A stretch of 59,931 bases of DNA, counting the filler. It is 7 parts of 7 records of this genome, joined end to end, with 100 filler letters (N's around TTAATTAATTAA, not from the genome) between each part and the next. Parts side by side here need not be neighbours in the genome. Positions count along the whole stretch, not along the records: positions 1 to 11,078 come from SRR31156797_23940; positions 11,179 to 19,605 come from SRR31156797_23943; positions 19,706 to 25,888 come from SRR31156797_23963; 4 more parts are not named here. One strand, 5' to 3'. The position numbers and the translations under genes are program-made. Below the pieces are notes generated by a model. That model did no database searches, was not told where the DNA came from, and was given only the letters and a program-made list of their open reading frames with translations. Of the stretch, positions 10,560 through 19,757 are shown one piece after another. Position 1 is the first letter of the stretch. Every line of letters begins with the position of its first letter.

Positions 10560-11078
10560 AATTGGCCCTCCATACAAAAGGTTAAAATTGAATCCGCACT
10601 GGAAAATATGAAGAGTGACAATTTAAAAGTGAATGAATTTTCAGGACAAAGCTATTCAAAACGAGTAACACAGATATCATGGTCGGGCAAATGATTTTAA
10701 CGCAAAAGATTCTATTGCACCGGGAAGAGTTGACCGTCCAGTACCAGATAAAATTTTTTTCCTCTGCACCCTTTTCCAGGGCCCTGTGGATAAAAAGATC
10801 CAGGTCCGTCTCAAGGAAATCACCAAAGCTGAGGGCAACAAAAGCAACTCTCCAGGAAATGCCGGTTTCTGCGGCAGAGCATACCTGATCCTCCCTCGAT
10901 ATTCTAGACTCTCAGTTCCGCCGCTATAATACGAATGACGGAGAAAAAAACATGGGCTCAACACCCAGAAGAAATATGAGCGAGATATATTAAAAAAAGC
11001 AATGACAAGGCCGGTAGCCCAATGAGAACAGCGGATCTGCATGATGCTCCCCACTCCCCGGGCCGTTGAACAAACCAA

Positions 11079-11178
11079 NNNNNNNNNNNNNNNNNNNNNN
11101 NNNNNNNNNNNNNNNNNNNNNNTTAATTAATTAANNNNNNNNNNNNNNNNNNNNNNNNNNNNNNNNNNNNNNNNNNNN
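11079..11178. other. Artificial contig spacer
   Basis: N-run + TTAATTAATTAA (stops in all six frames) + N-run, 100 nt. Confidence 0.97.
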
Positions 11179-12325
11179 TTGTAAATATAACGAGTGCTAT
11201 TGGAAATGTCACATACTGTTCCAGTGTCATTACCGGATAGATCAGTTCTGTGATGGAAACACTTACGAACTCTGTACCTGTATAGTCAATTCCGTAGTGA
11301 GAAAAGATACCTGAAAGTATCAGTGAAGTGATAATTCCAAGCACAGTTGCAGAAAGCGCAAGAACTCCTGATTCAAAAACGACCAAAAGCCCCATCTTAA
11401 ATGGCTTTACACCGATCGCACGCATAACACCGAATTCAAACATTCTTTCATAAATTGACATAAAAAGAGTGTTGACAATAACGCCAGCGACAAGAAGAAA
11501 CAGAATAAATCCAATGAGATACTTTGAAAAAGCAGTCATGGAAAGCATTGCTTCCATTTCAGGCATTAACTTCTTCCAATTCTTAAACGTGTTACCATCT
11601 TTTGTATATTTTTTCCAGATGGGAAGATTCTTATCCCATGATTTCTTATGATCTTTGAAGTTAACAGCTATCTCATGCACCTGACCAGGTAGTCCTAGCA
11701 TTGTGGCGGCTCTTTTAATCGGAATAAAGGCAATACCTCTATCCATTTCACGGATTCCAAGTTTAAAAATACCTTTAAGCCTCATCATCTCCTGAGACAT
11801 TTCACCTGTCGTTGCCTGAGCAACAGTTAACACCAGCCTATCCCCTACTTCAACTTCAAGGATCTCAGCAAGTCTACTTCCGATCATCACACCTCTTTCC
11901 TCTCTATCCTTAAGATATTCACCATCGATCATGGCCTCATCCATCTTAGAAAGCGCTTTTTCCCTTTCCGGATCAATTCCCATAAGCATTAAAGACTGAA
12001 CATTTCCAGGACTTGTGATCATGCCGAGAGTCTTTATTCTCGGAGCAAAATCTTTAACAAGAGCCTCTTTTGAAAGCTCATCAATTATATGACCTGAATT
12101 CTTGACCGTCCTTTCAACTTCAAGTGCGTTGGTAAATCCTTCATTATGTATCTGAGACTCTCCCATAAATGAAGATGTGGCACTTTTAACCATATTGATG
12201 ATCATTCCTTCCTGCAGCGCATCAACAAAGATCAGAGCTGTAAGACCCAAGCTGATAGCTGCCGCCGCAATAAATGACCGCCTTTTGTTTCTGAAAATGT
12301 TTCGCCACGCCATTTTTAAAAGCAT
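11179..12325 (-). CDS. ABC transporter permease, FtsX/LolE-like (3' end truncated by contig end)
   Basis: MAWRNIFRNKRRS start, MacB-type periplasmic domain, NTLFMSIYERMFEFGVMRAIG. Confidence 0.9.
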
Positions 12326-12334
12326 AATATCCTC

Positions 12335-13570
12335 CTAATAACTTCTCATAGATTTAACTGGATCAGCTGAAGCAGCCTTGTAAGCCGGATAGATAGCGGC
12401 AAAAAAAGCGGAGACAGCAATAACAACTGCAGGCATATAAAATGCTCTGGGTATGAACTCTGAATTCAACGTTTTTATAAAGATCCCGCCAATTGAAACA
12501 GGTTCAGGATAGGTAATTCCGTAAACCACAAGCGGCCAGGTTGCCAAAAGACTCAATAAAAATGCAACGATGCTTGAGAAAACTGCAAGAACCAGGGTTT
12601 CAAGCACAATGGAATTGAAAATGAACATTGGAGTCGTTCCCATTGCTTTCATAACACCATATTCGCGCATTCTATCAAGAATTGACATTAAAACTGTATT
12701 GAGAACTCCAATTGCAACAATTAAAGCAACTATGAAGACCATGATTGAGTTACCCTCTTTTTTTGCCATCATTCCACTATAGAACTGCTCTTCAATAATT
12801 TCCCAAGGTTCACAGCTTAGATCCTTAATGCCGTTACTATGAATTGCTTTTGCGATCTTTGTTGAACCGGAAAACGATTTTTTGTAACTATCTAGGATAA
12901 CTGCGATCTCATGAACTTTTCCATCAAGAGAAAGAAATGATTGTGAATCTTTTAGCGACATAAAAACTGTTCTGCCTTCTAATGAATCAGACTCTTTAGA
13001 AAGAATGCCTACAACTTTAAAAATATCATTTGCAATACTTCCGTCTGCTCCCTGAGATATAAGAACTATATCACTTCCAACATCGGCATTCAGACTTTCA
13101 GCAAGAGTGTTCGTTATTACAGCTTCAAAAACATCATTTTCATTCTTTTGTGAAAGATATCTTCCCCTCTCAACTTTGTCATCAAGTTTGGTTAAAGCAG
13201 CTTCAAGTTCAGGCTTGATCCCTTTGATCTGGGTTGCTGTGGTTTTTTTATCAATAAATGCAAGTGAGCCACTTACCAGTCTTGGAGAGTAACTTTTCAC
13301 TTCCTCAATTTGAGAGATAGTGTTTTCCATATTCCCATCGAATTTGAAATTCTTGTATAGACCAGGATTCTCAAGATATCCCTTTCTATGGATCTGAACA
13401 TGGCCTGTTTGAGCTCCGGTAAATGCTTTGATCATGTTTCCAAAGCCACCTTCCATCATTCCCATTGAAAGGGAACACATAACATAACCAAGTATCATTG
13501 AGACAGCTGTAAAGACCGATCGTCTTTTCTGTTTGAGCAGATTTCTCATAGCCATCTTAAAAATAATCAT
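12335..13570 (-). CDS. ABC transporter permease, FtsX/LolE-like
   Basis: MAMRNLLKQKRRS, NTVLMSILDRMREYGVMKAMG, YPAYKAASADPV. Confidence 0.9.
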   Translation of the reverse strand: MIIFKMAMRNLLKQKRRSVFTAVSMILGYVMCSLSMGMMEGGFGNMIKAFTGAQTGHVQIHRKGYLENPGLYKNFKFDGNMENTISQIEEVKSYSPRLVSGSLAFIDKKTTATQIKGIKPELEAALTKLDDKVERGRYLSQKNENDVFEAVITNTLAESLNADVGSDIVLISQGADGSIANDIFKVVGILSKESDSLEGRTVFMSLKDSQSFLSLDGKVHEIAVILDSYKKSFSGSTKIAKAIHSNGIKDLSCEPWEIIEEQFYSGMMAKKEGNSIMVFIVALIVAIGVLNTVLMSILDRMREYGVMKAMGTTPMFIFNSIVLETLVLAVFSSIVAFLLSLLATWPLVVYGITYPEPVSIGGIFIKTLNSEFIPRAFYMPAVVIAVSAFFAAIYPAYKAASADPVKSMRSY

Positions 13571-13572
13571 AA

Positions 13573-14328
13573 CTACCTCATTTTCTGAAGATTTCTTAAA
13601 GAGAATGTACTCTTTTTAAGTTTGATATTAAACTCACCTTTAAGATACGTTATCTTTGTCAGGTGACCTTTTTTATTTAAAGGAATTATTTCCATAACTG
13701 CCGGGATCAATCTTCCACCCATTTTTTTATATCCGGAAAACTTGATGATCCTGACCTTTCGCCCTTTTTCATCGTAATATTCCTGAGATAAAGGCATGGA
13801 GTCACTCTTTCTGACCTTAGCTATTATCTTTCCCCATACAGATGCGGCACTTTCTTTTGGTACAAGTTTTATAATGATGACATTCTTATCATCTGACTTG
13901 AGAAGTTCTGCAGTATGATCATCTCTAAAAGTTGTCTCCTTAACAAGATCATCGTTGGTAAAGTCACTTCCCATCCAGCTTCCCATCATCATGCTAGGCG
14001 GAACCTTCATGACTTTGTTAACTTTCGGGAAAAAATTCCACATGTCCTGATCGACCTTGAGTGTGCCGATCCCCTTGTCTTTTCTAGGCGAAAGGATGGT
14101 GATAAAAGTCTTGTCCATTCCCTCGCTCCAAGCTTTCATCTTCATCTTTCTTTTCCAGTTTGGAGTGACAATTTCCATTTCCATCTCAAATTTTGAACTG
14201 TCAGCTCTGTAAACCTTATCCATCTTGTCAAGGATCTTGTTTACTTCTGCATTCTCAATTGCAGTCAAACCAAAGACTACGAACATTAAAGAAAACACAA
14301 CAAATAGTTTTTTCATTTTTTTCTCCAT
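13573..14328 (-). CDS. Outer membrane lipoprotein-sorting protein (LolA-like)
   Basis: Signal peptide, P-R-x-KG-x-G-x-L, SWMGSDFTNDDL, EYYDEKG, FSLRNL terminus. Embedded among the permease genes. Confidence 0.85.
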   Translation of the reverse strand: MEKKMKKLFVVFSLMFVVFGLTAIENAEVNKILDKMDKVYRADSSKFEMEMEIVTPNWKRKMKMKAWSEGMDKTFITILSPRKDKGIGTLKVDQDMWNFFPKVNKVMKVPPSMMMGSWMGSDFTNDDLVKETTFRDDHTAELLKSDDKNVIIIKLVPKESAASVWGKIIAKVRKSDSMPLSQEYYDEKGRKVRIIKFSGYKKMGGRLIPAVMEIIPLNKKGHLTKITYLKGEFNIKLKKSTFSLRNLQKMR

Positions 14329-14337
14329 ATTGTAAAA

Positions 14338-15573
14338 CTAATAACTTCTCATCGACTTTACCGGATCTGCAACGGAGGCTTTGTAGGCTGGAATTATACT
14401 TGCAAACACCGAAGCAATAATAATTATAATTACAGGAATATAAAAAGCTTCTGCTACAAATTCTGAATTCATTTTATCTATAAATATCCCACCGACAGAA
14501 ACGGGTTCAGGATAGGTAATTCCAATTACCTTTAAAGGCCATGTTGCAAGAAGAGAAAGTAAAAAACCTGCAACAGATGAAAAAATTGAGAGAAAGAAGG
14601 TTTCAATAACGATAGAAGAAAAAATAAACGATGGAGAAGTTCCCATTGCCTTCATAACTCCATATTCTCTCATTCTCTCAAGAATAGACATCAAAACTGT
14701 ATTAAGAACACCAACTCCGACAATTAGCATGATAATGAATATTACAATAAAATTTCCTTCTTTGTCTGCTGTCATACTTGTATAGAACTGTTCTTCAACC
14801 ACTTCCCAGGGTTCACTGCTAAGATCTTTTATTCCTGCAGCAAAGAGAGTTTTGTTAATATTGTTAGCTTCAGTCACAGATTTTCTATAGTCTTTTATCA
14901 TTATTGCCGTTTCATGAACTTTATTCCCGATAGAAAGAAATTCCTGAGCAGTTTCAAGAGGAATGAAGACCGCTCTATTTTCTAATGAATCCAAACTCTT
15001 AGGAAGAATTCCAATTACCTTGAACTTATCGTTTGCAATACTTCCGTCAGCACCTTGAGATATAAGAATTAAATCGCCACCGACATTAGTTTTTAAAGCT
15101 TCTGCCAGAGAATTTGTAATAACAGCTTCATATTTAGGTTCACCTGTATTTCTTGAAAAGTAAGTTCCTTTTTCTACCTTTTTATCAAGATCTGTCATTG
15201 CAGCTTCAGCTTTAACATCAATTCCTTTGACCATTGCAGCTGTAGTTTTCTTATCTACAAATGCCAGAGCTCCGCTAAAAAGCCTCGGAGCGACCTTTTC
15301 AACGGAATCAACAGATTTAATGGTTTTAGCTAGATCTTCGTTCCAGACAAAATTCTTATAAAGACCCGGTTTATCAAGATATTCCTTTTGATGGATCTGA
15401 ATATGACCAGTCTTAGCTTTAGTGAACGATTTGATAACATTTCCATAACCACCCTCAGCAAGACCAAGTGAAATTGAAAGAAGAACAAACCCTATGATCA
15501 TTGAAATAGAAGTGAAAAATGAACGTCTTTTCTGTTTCAACAAGTTTCGCATTGCCATTTTAAAGAGTATCAT
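14338..15573 (-). CDS. ABC transporter permease, FtsX/LolE-like (close paralogue of 12335-13570)
   Basis: Same length (411 aa) and near-identical termini and motifs as 12335-13570. Confidence 0.9.
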   Translation of the reverse strand: MILFKMAMRNLLKQKRRSFFTSISMIIGFVLLSISLGLAEGGYGNVIKSFTKAKTGHIQIHQKEYLDKPGLYKNFVWNEDLAKTIKSVDSVEKVAPRLFSGALAFVDKKTTAAMVKGIDVKAEAAMTDLDKKVEKGTYFSRNTGEPKYEAVITNSLAEALKTNVGGDLILISQGADGSIANDKFKVIGILPKSLDSLENRAVFIPLETAQEFLSIGNKVHETAIMIKDYRKSVTEANNINKTLFAAGIKDLSSEPWEVVEEQFYTSMTADKEGNFIVIFIIMLIVGVGVLNTVLMSILERMREYGVMKAMGTSPSFIFSSIVIETFFLSIFSSVAGFLLSLLATWPLKVIGITYPEPVSVGGIFIDKMNSEFVAEAFYIPVIIIIIASVFASIIPAYKASVADPVKSMRSY

Positions 15574-15576
15574 TAT

Positions 15577-16179
15577 TTAATCCCTCCATTTGCGTTCATC
15601 AGTAAAACTTGCCAGTCTGTGAGCTTGCTTTTCCCATAATTTCTTTATTGATTCAAGATCATCTTCGTAGTAAAGCATTGTCTTAAACCCTGCGATAACA
15701 ATGTTTACAGTCTTTGCGATCTCACTTGCAACTTCATCTGAAACTTCATGTTCAGCTAGCTCCATTATCTTTCCTTTTGTCAGCTCATACCATTTTTGAT
15801 GAATGATCTTTGTCGCCTTATGCATATCGCTGTTGTTAATAAGCTCATCCATAAGAGAAGTTGTTTTAAGTCCCTTTTCTTTTTGTTTTTCAACAGAATC
15901 GATCGCCATAAGCCCAATTGTCTTAAAAAAATGTTCGACAGAATCAAACGACATCGCTTTAAAACCATCCATCATCTTATAGGAAAGGATCTCAAGACTC
16001 TGAATGATGATATCATCCATGTTATCAAAATGATGATAGAGCGTTCCTTTGGCAATGCCTGCTTTCTCACATAGTTTGCGTGTAGTCAGCCCCTTCATTC
16101 CTTCTGATGCAACTATCTCGAAAACGGCTGACACAACCTTTTCTTTTGTTACTTCAGCCTTTGTTCTTTCTTCAACCAT
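15577..16179 (-). CDS. TetR/AcrR family transcriptional regulator
   Basis: N-terminal HTH GMKGLTTRKLCEKAGIAKGTLYHHF. GGAGG RBS. First gene of the operon. Confidence 0.93.
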   Translation of the reverse strand: MVEERTKAEVTKEKVVSAVFEIVASEGMKGLTTRKLCEKAGIAKGTLYHHFDNMDDIIIQSLEILSYKMMDGFKAMSFDSVEHFFKTIGLMAIDSVEKQKEKGLKTTSLMDELINNSDMHKATKIIHQKWYELTKGKIMELAEHEVSDEVASEIAKTVNIVIAGFKTMLYYEDDLESIKKLWEKQAHRLASFTDERKWRD

Positions 16180-16198
16180 CTTTCACCTCCAAAGTTTA

Positions 16199-16252
16199 GA
16201 CCGACCGCTCGGTCCACAATCAACATATAGCATAGACCGAGCGGTCGGTCAA
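16199..16252 (-). promoter_or_regulatory. Twin TetR operators overlapping the operon promoter
   Basis: GACCGACCGCTCGGTC (16199-16214) and its exact reverse complement GACCGAGCGGTCGGTC (16235-16250). Each is itself near-palindromic. Minus-strand TTGACC-17 nt-TATATG overlaps the upstream copy. Confidence 0.8.
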
Positions 16253-16353
16253 GAAAAAAAAAGAAAAAACTTTTATTTTGTTTCTTTGTGAATTTCGCTG
16301 TTAAATCAAGTCTCTAATTAAGTTTTAATTCTTTATAAGAATGAGTGGAATTA

Positions 16354-18051
16354 TTATTTCTTCCTATACTTTGGTTTTGGAAGTATCGGTCCGCGAGATT
16401 TTCTCTGAGTCTTTTTCTGGATCTCAATGTTTGAAAGAAGTACTGAAGGACTTATTGTTGAAACAGGGACCATTCCGCTTTCAGCTCCGCAAAATCCGTT
16501 GAAAACTTCATAATCCTTTCCTGTTGCTATGATATTGTCGATTGCGGCAAGCGGTGTTCCAATAATTTCGGCTCCTCTTACAAGCTCTTCCTTTCCATCA
16601 GGATAAACCTTATAAACCAACTTGGCTGCTCCCCTAAAAGATTGCTCTCCATAAGAAGAAGTGTTTGTTGATCCACCTGAAGAACCTTTAATAATTAGGC
16701 CATATTCTTTTTTTAGTCTCTTCACTTCTTCAAGCAACATCTTTTTAAGTTCTTTATAGCTGAACTCCTTATGTGATTTAACTATCGTTACACCCATTCT
16801 CGCCACTGGATTTCTTGTTCCCTGCGCTCTTCCATGCCCATTCGACTTTGTAAACCCATTAACAGGGGTTCTTGAAAGCAGATAGTTTTTCAGGATTCCC
16901 TTTTCTACCAGAGAGACTTTTTGAGCCAAAACTCCTTCCTGATCATATTTGTAGTTGCCGACAAGTGTTTTCTTGTTAAAAACCTTCCTGGTGGGATCAT
17001 CCATCATTGAAATAAATAAAGGCATTATCTTTTTACCAACCTTTCCTTTGAATGTCTGCCCTGATCTTCTGCTGAACTGTCTTTCACCTTCGAGCCTGTG
17101 CCCTATCGCTTCGTGAAAAAGAATCGAGGCCGGTTCAGGCATAAGAAGTGCAGGACACGAAACAGGATCTATAACAGGAGCTTTTTTAAGCTTGTCAATT
17201 GTATCAAGAATACCCTTTATCTCCTTTTTTAAACCGGAAGTGCTTGGCAAATTCGAAAAAGAATTAACATTAAAACTTCTGTAATCCTCAACCCTTTTGC
17301 CATCATCAGCAAGAGCCGAGGCATAGATGTAGAGAGAAATATAGTTTCTATTCTGAATAACTCTGGTTCCTTCTGTATTTATAAAATATTCTGCATAGTT
17401 TGTAACTCCCACAGAAACACTGGAATCCATAATATGTCCATGTTTGTTAAACTGCCTGGAAAGTTCTTTGATTTTCTTTTCCCACTTCTTTGCATCAATC
17501 TTTATAAGGTTTTCCTTTTCATAATAGATAACTTTTTTTTCTTTAGTAAAAGCATCTCTGTTCTTTTCATCTTCATCGACCTTTTCGTAAACATTCTTTG
17601 TTTTCTTGTTATGAAACTCAGTTAAAGCTTTTTTATAGGCTGAATCCGTAGCAGTCCAGAATGCGCTGCGGAAGGCAAACTCATTGATCTTTTTTTCAAA
17701 AGGAAGCGTTGCATAACTTGTACTTCGACCGTATCTCCAGTTGGAACTACCTTTGGTTTGATCATCCTTATAACTTCCAATCCTAATCTCAACATTAGCT
17801 GAAGCTCTGTTGTAATCGCTTGATTCTATAATGCTGCCATCTTTGCCGGAGATCTTATAGCCTGTGTTTTCTACCAGTCTATACGAAATGAAATAAGGTT
17901 TTTCGTAATCATCAACTTTTAGTTTCTTAGCTGAACGCTGTAACTCTTTATTCATTGAATTCATTATATCCGTCTGTCTTTTGTTGAGCTTTGCAGCAAA
18001 AGCACCGAATGCAAATGTTACGATAAGAAGAAATGCTAGAATCTTTCTCAT
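16354..18051 (-). CDS. TldD/PmbA family metallopeptidase with signal peptide
   Basis: FHEAIGHRLEG zinc motif, DQEGV, SNGHGR, ELVRG, GFCGAESG..VPVS. Start placed at MRKILAFLLIVTFAFGAFA (signal peptide). Confidence 0.88.
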   Translation of the reverse strand: MRKILAFLLIVTFAFGAFAAKLNKRQTDIMNSMNKELQRSAKKLKVDDYEKPYFISYRLVENTGYKISGKDGSIIESSDYNRASANVEIRIGSYKDDQTKGSSNWRYGRSTSYATLPFEKKINEFAFRSAFWTATDSAYKKALTEFHNKKTKNVYEKVDEDEKNRDAFTKEKKVIYYEKENLIKIDAKKWEKKIKELSRQFNKHGHIMDSSVSVGVTNYAEYFINTEGTRVIQNRNYISLYIYASALADDGKRVEDYRSFNVNSFSNLPSTSGLKKEIKGILDTIDKLKKAPVIDPVSCPALLMPEPASILFHEAIGHRLEGERQFSRRSGQTFKGKVGKKIMPLFISMMDDPTRKVFNKKTLVGNYKYDQEGVLAQKVSLVEKGILKNYLLSRTPVNGFTKSNGHGRAQGTRNPVARMGVTIVKSHKEFSYKELKKMLLEEVKRLKKEYGLIIKGSSGGSTNTSSYGEQSFRGAAKLVYKVYPDGKEELVRGAEIIGTPLAAIDNIIATGKDYEVFNGFCGAESGMVPVSTISPSVLLSNIEIQKKTQRKSRGPILPKPKYRKK

Positions 18052-18106
18052 TTTATAGACCCCCAAAAGTTTAAACAAAGCGCTGATCATTAAAATTTAA
18101 TAGAAG

Positions 18107-18135
18107 ATTTTAACATGTCGTTAATGGCATAGCAA
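18107..18135 (-). promoter_or_regulatory. Sigma70-type promoter for the TldD-like gene
   Basis: Minus strand TTGCTA-17 nt-TAAAAT with extended -10 TG. Confidence 0.6.
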
Positions 18136-18360
18136 AAAAAAAGAAAGAAAGCGCCCTTCCTGTAAAGATTTTGGAACCAGATATGGAGTGAAAAATTAGG
18201 GAACAAGGTGGCAGATACACAGGAAGAAAAAGGACTTGTAAAGTATGGTGTAGGTGTTAATCTCAAAACCAGTATCAGGTGTGTAACTGTCTCAGTAAAT
18301 CAGTCAGGAGATTAGAAATTCGCTAAGTCCAAGAGCAGGGCGCCAAACGCCACCTTGTAT
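18134..18360 (-). ncRNA. Candidate structured non-coding RNA (~225 nt), class not recognised
   Basis: Starts at the expected TSS of a TTGACA-17-TATATT promoter, has at least six complementary helices including crossing ones, ends in a U-rich tract, and has no sizeable ORF. Confidence 0.65.
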
Positions 18361-18365
18361 AACTT

Positions 18366-18394
18366 AATATAATGCACCCGCTTTCGTTTGTCAA
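18366..18394 (-). promoter_or_regulatory. Near-consensus sigma70 promoter for the candidate ncRNA
   Basis: Minus strand TTGACA (18394-18389), 17-nt spacer, TATATT (18371-18366). Confidence 0.75.
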
Positions 18395-18564
18395 GGGCAA
18401 AAGTCTAAAAATATCAATAAAATTAATCACTTGTAGTCTTTTTGCTTCATTCCGTATCATTTTATAAACAGCACAAGTTTGAAACAACCCTTTATTGGCA
18501 AGGGTTTAGAGCATCTGTGTTTTATCTAGAGAATTATTTAAGTTTTTTTGAAATTTTTCTAATA

Positions 18565-19551
18565 CTACTCAACACCGACGATAGCTTTGATATACTGCTG
18601 CCTTTCCCAAGCTTGTGGATCATCCACGTTCTTATGATTAAGCTTGCCTTTAAACTCATCAATTGAGTTAAAGCCCTTCTCTTCCATCCACTCCATGATC
18701 TCAAGGTTCATCTTTGCAATATATTCAATTCCTTCTTTGTAAACTGAGCTGACAACCTGAACTGAATCGGCACCTGCAAGAAGCATCTTTACAACATCAG
18801 AACCTGTCTTTACACCTCTGGATGCAGAAAGAGAGAGTTTTGTCTGACCTGAAAGAAGTGATATCCATCTAATAGTTTCAGTAATATCCTTTCTTGATGA
18901 TCTGATATAACCGGGAATGAGTTCCATTTTATCAATATCAATGTCAACCTGATAGAATCTATTAAACAGCACAACACCTTGTGCACCGTAATTTTCAAGA
19001 AGTTTGACCATTCTGCTGATATTTGTGAAGTTCTGCCCCATTTTTACTGAAACAGGAATGTTAAGTGCTTCTTTAATAGCTTTGAATGTATTTATATACT
19101 CCTGCGTGATCTGATCGTCATTCTTTTCCATGTCATGAGTTACATGAGAAATATTAACCTCAAGAGCATCAGCTCCGGCGTTTTCGATCTTCTTTGCAAA
19201 TTCAACCCAATACTCAGTTGAAATACAGTTAACACTTGCGATCACAGGGATCTTGAGCTCTGCTTTTGCATCTTTAATAAGTTTAATGTATTTATCAGGA
19301 CCGAAATTCATGCTTACCTGAGAAATGTATTCAAGAGCTTCCGAATGAAAAGAAGCATACATTCCCTGTGCTGCACTTTTAATTCTTTCTTCAATTATCT
19401 GCTCTTCAAAAAGTGATTTAAGAACAACTGCACCTGCACCTGCCTTTTCGATCATTCTGAGATTTTCAATTGAATTTGTTAGTCCGCATGAACCGACAAC
19501 TACAGGACTGTCAATCTCGAGTCCGAGATACTTAGTTTTAATGTTACTCAT
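18565..19551 (-). CDS. Dihydroorotate dehydrogenase-like flavoprotein
   Basis: TKYLGL, GAGAVVLKSLFEEQI, IPVIASVN, GADALEVN, PVSVK, VLFNRFYQ, LLAGADSVQ. Start placed at MSNIK. Confidence 0.88.
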   Translation of the reverse strand: MSNIKTKYLGLEIDSPVVVGSCGLTNSIENLRMIEKAGAGAVVLKSLFEEQIIEERIKSAAQGMYASFHSEALEYISQVSMNFGPDKYIKLIKDAKAELKIPVIASVNCISTEYWVEFAKKIENAGADALEVNISHVTHDMEKNDDQITQEYINTFKAIKEALNIPVSVKMGQNFTNISRMVKLLENYGAQGVVLFNRFYQVDIDIDKMELIPGYIRSSRKDITETIRWISLLSGQTKLSLSASRGVKTGSDVVKMLLAGADSVQVVSSVYKEGIEYIAKMNLEIMEWMEEKGFNSIDEFKGKLNHKNVDDPQAWERQQYIKAIVGVE

Positions 19552-19605
19552 TGTTCTCTCCATAAACTGATAATATTTCAATACCTTTTCTTATTCTATT
19601 CAATG

Positions 19606-19705
19606 NNNNNNNNNNNNNNNNNNNNNNNNNNNNNNNNNNNNNNNNNNNNTTAATTAATTAANNNNNNNNNNNNNNNNNNNNNNNNNNNNNNNNNNNNNNN
19701 NNNNN
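19606..19705. other. Artificial contig spacer
   Basis: N-run + TTAATTAATTAA + N-run. Confidence 0.97.
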
Positions 19706-19757
19706 AAGCTACACTGTAGATGTAGCTCAGCTACTATCTGGCAAAGGTGATTTAATC

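Noticed and set aside
10578-11078. ORFs 10677-11078(-) and 10679-10888(+), and an in-frame TGA after Cys (SGC-stop-AH) in another minus frame that could suggest selenocysteine
   Set aside because: No recognisable family, no convincing SECIS hairpin, and the region is cut by the contig end.
11123-11178. ORF extensions through N-runs (also 25889-25936 and 54576-54623) and TTAATTAATTAA as a biological repeat
   Set aside because: These are spacer artefacts; the genes are simply truncated.
18190-18350. Plus-strand resemblances to T-box (AACAAGGTGGCA), RNase P (AAGTCC..GCAGGGCGCCA), cobalamin riboswitch or CsrB-like GGA motifs
   Set aside because: Matches are partial and lack the other required elements. 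The promoter and G-U pairs point to the minus strand.
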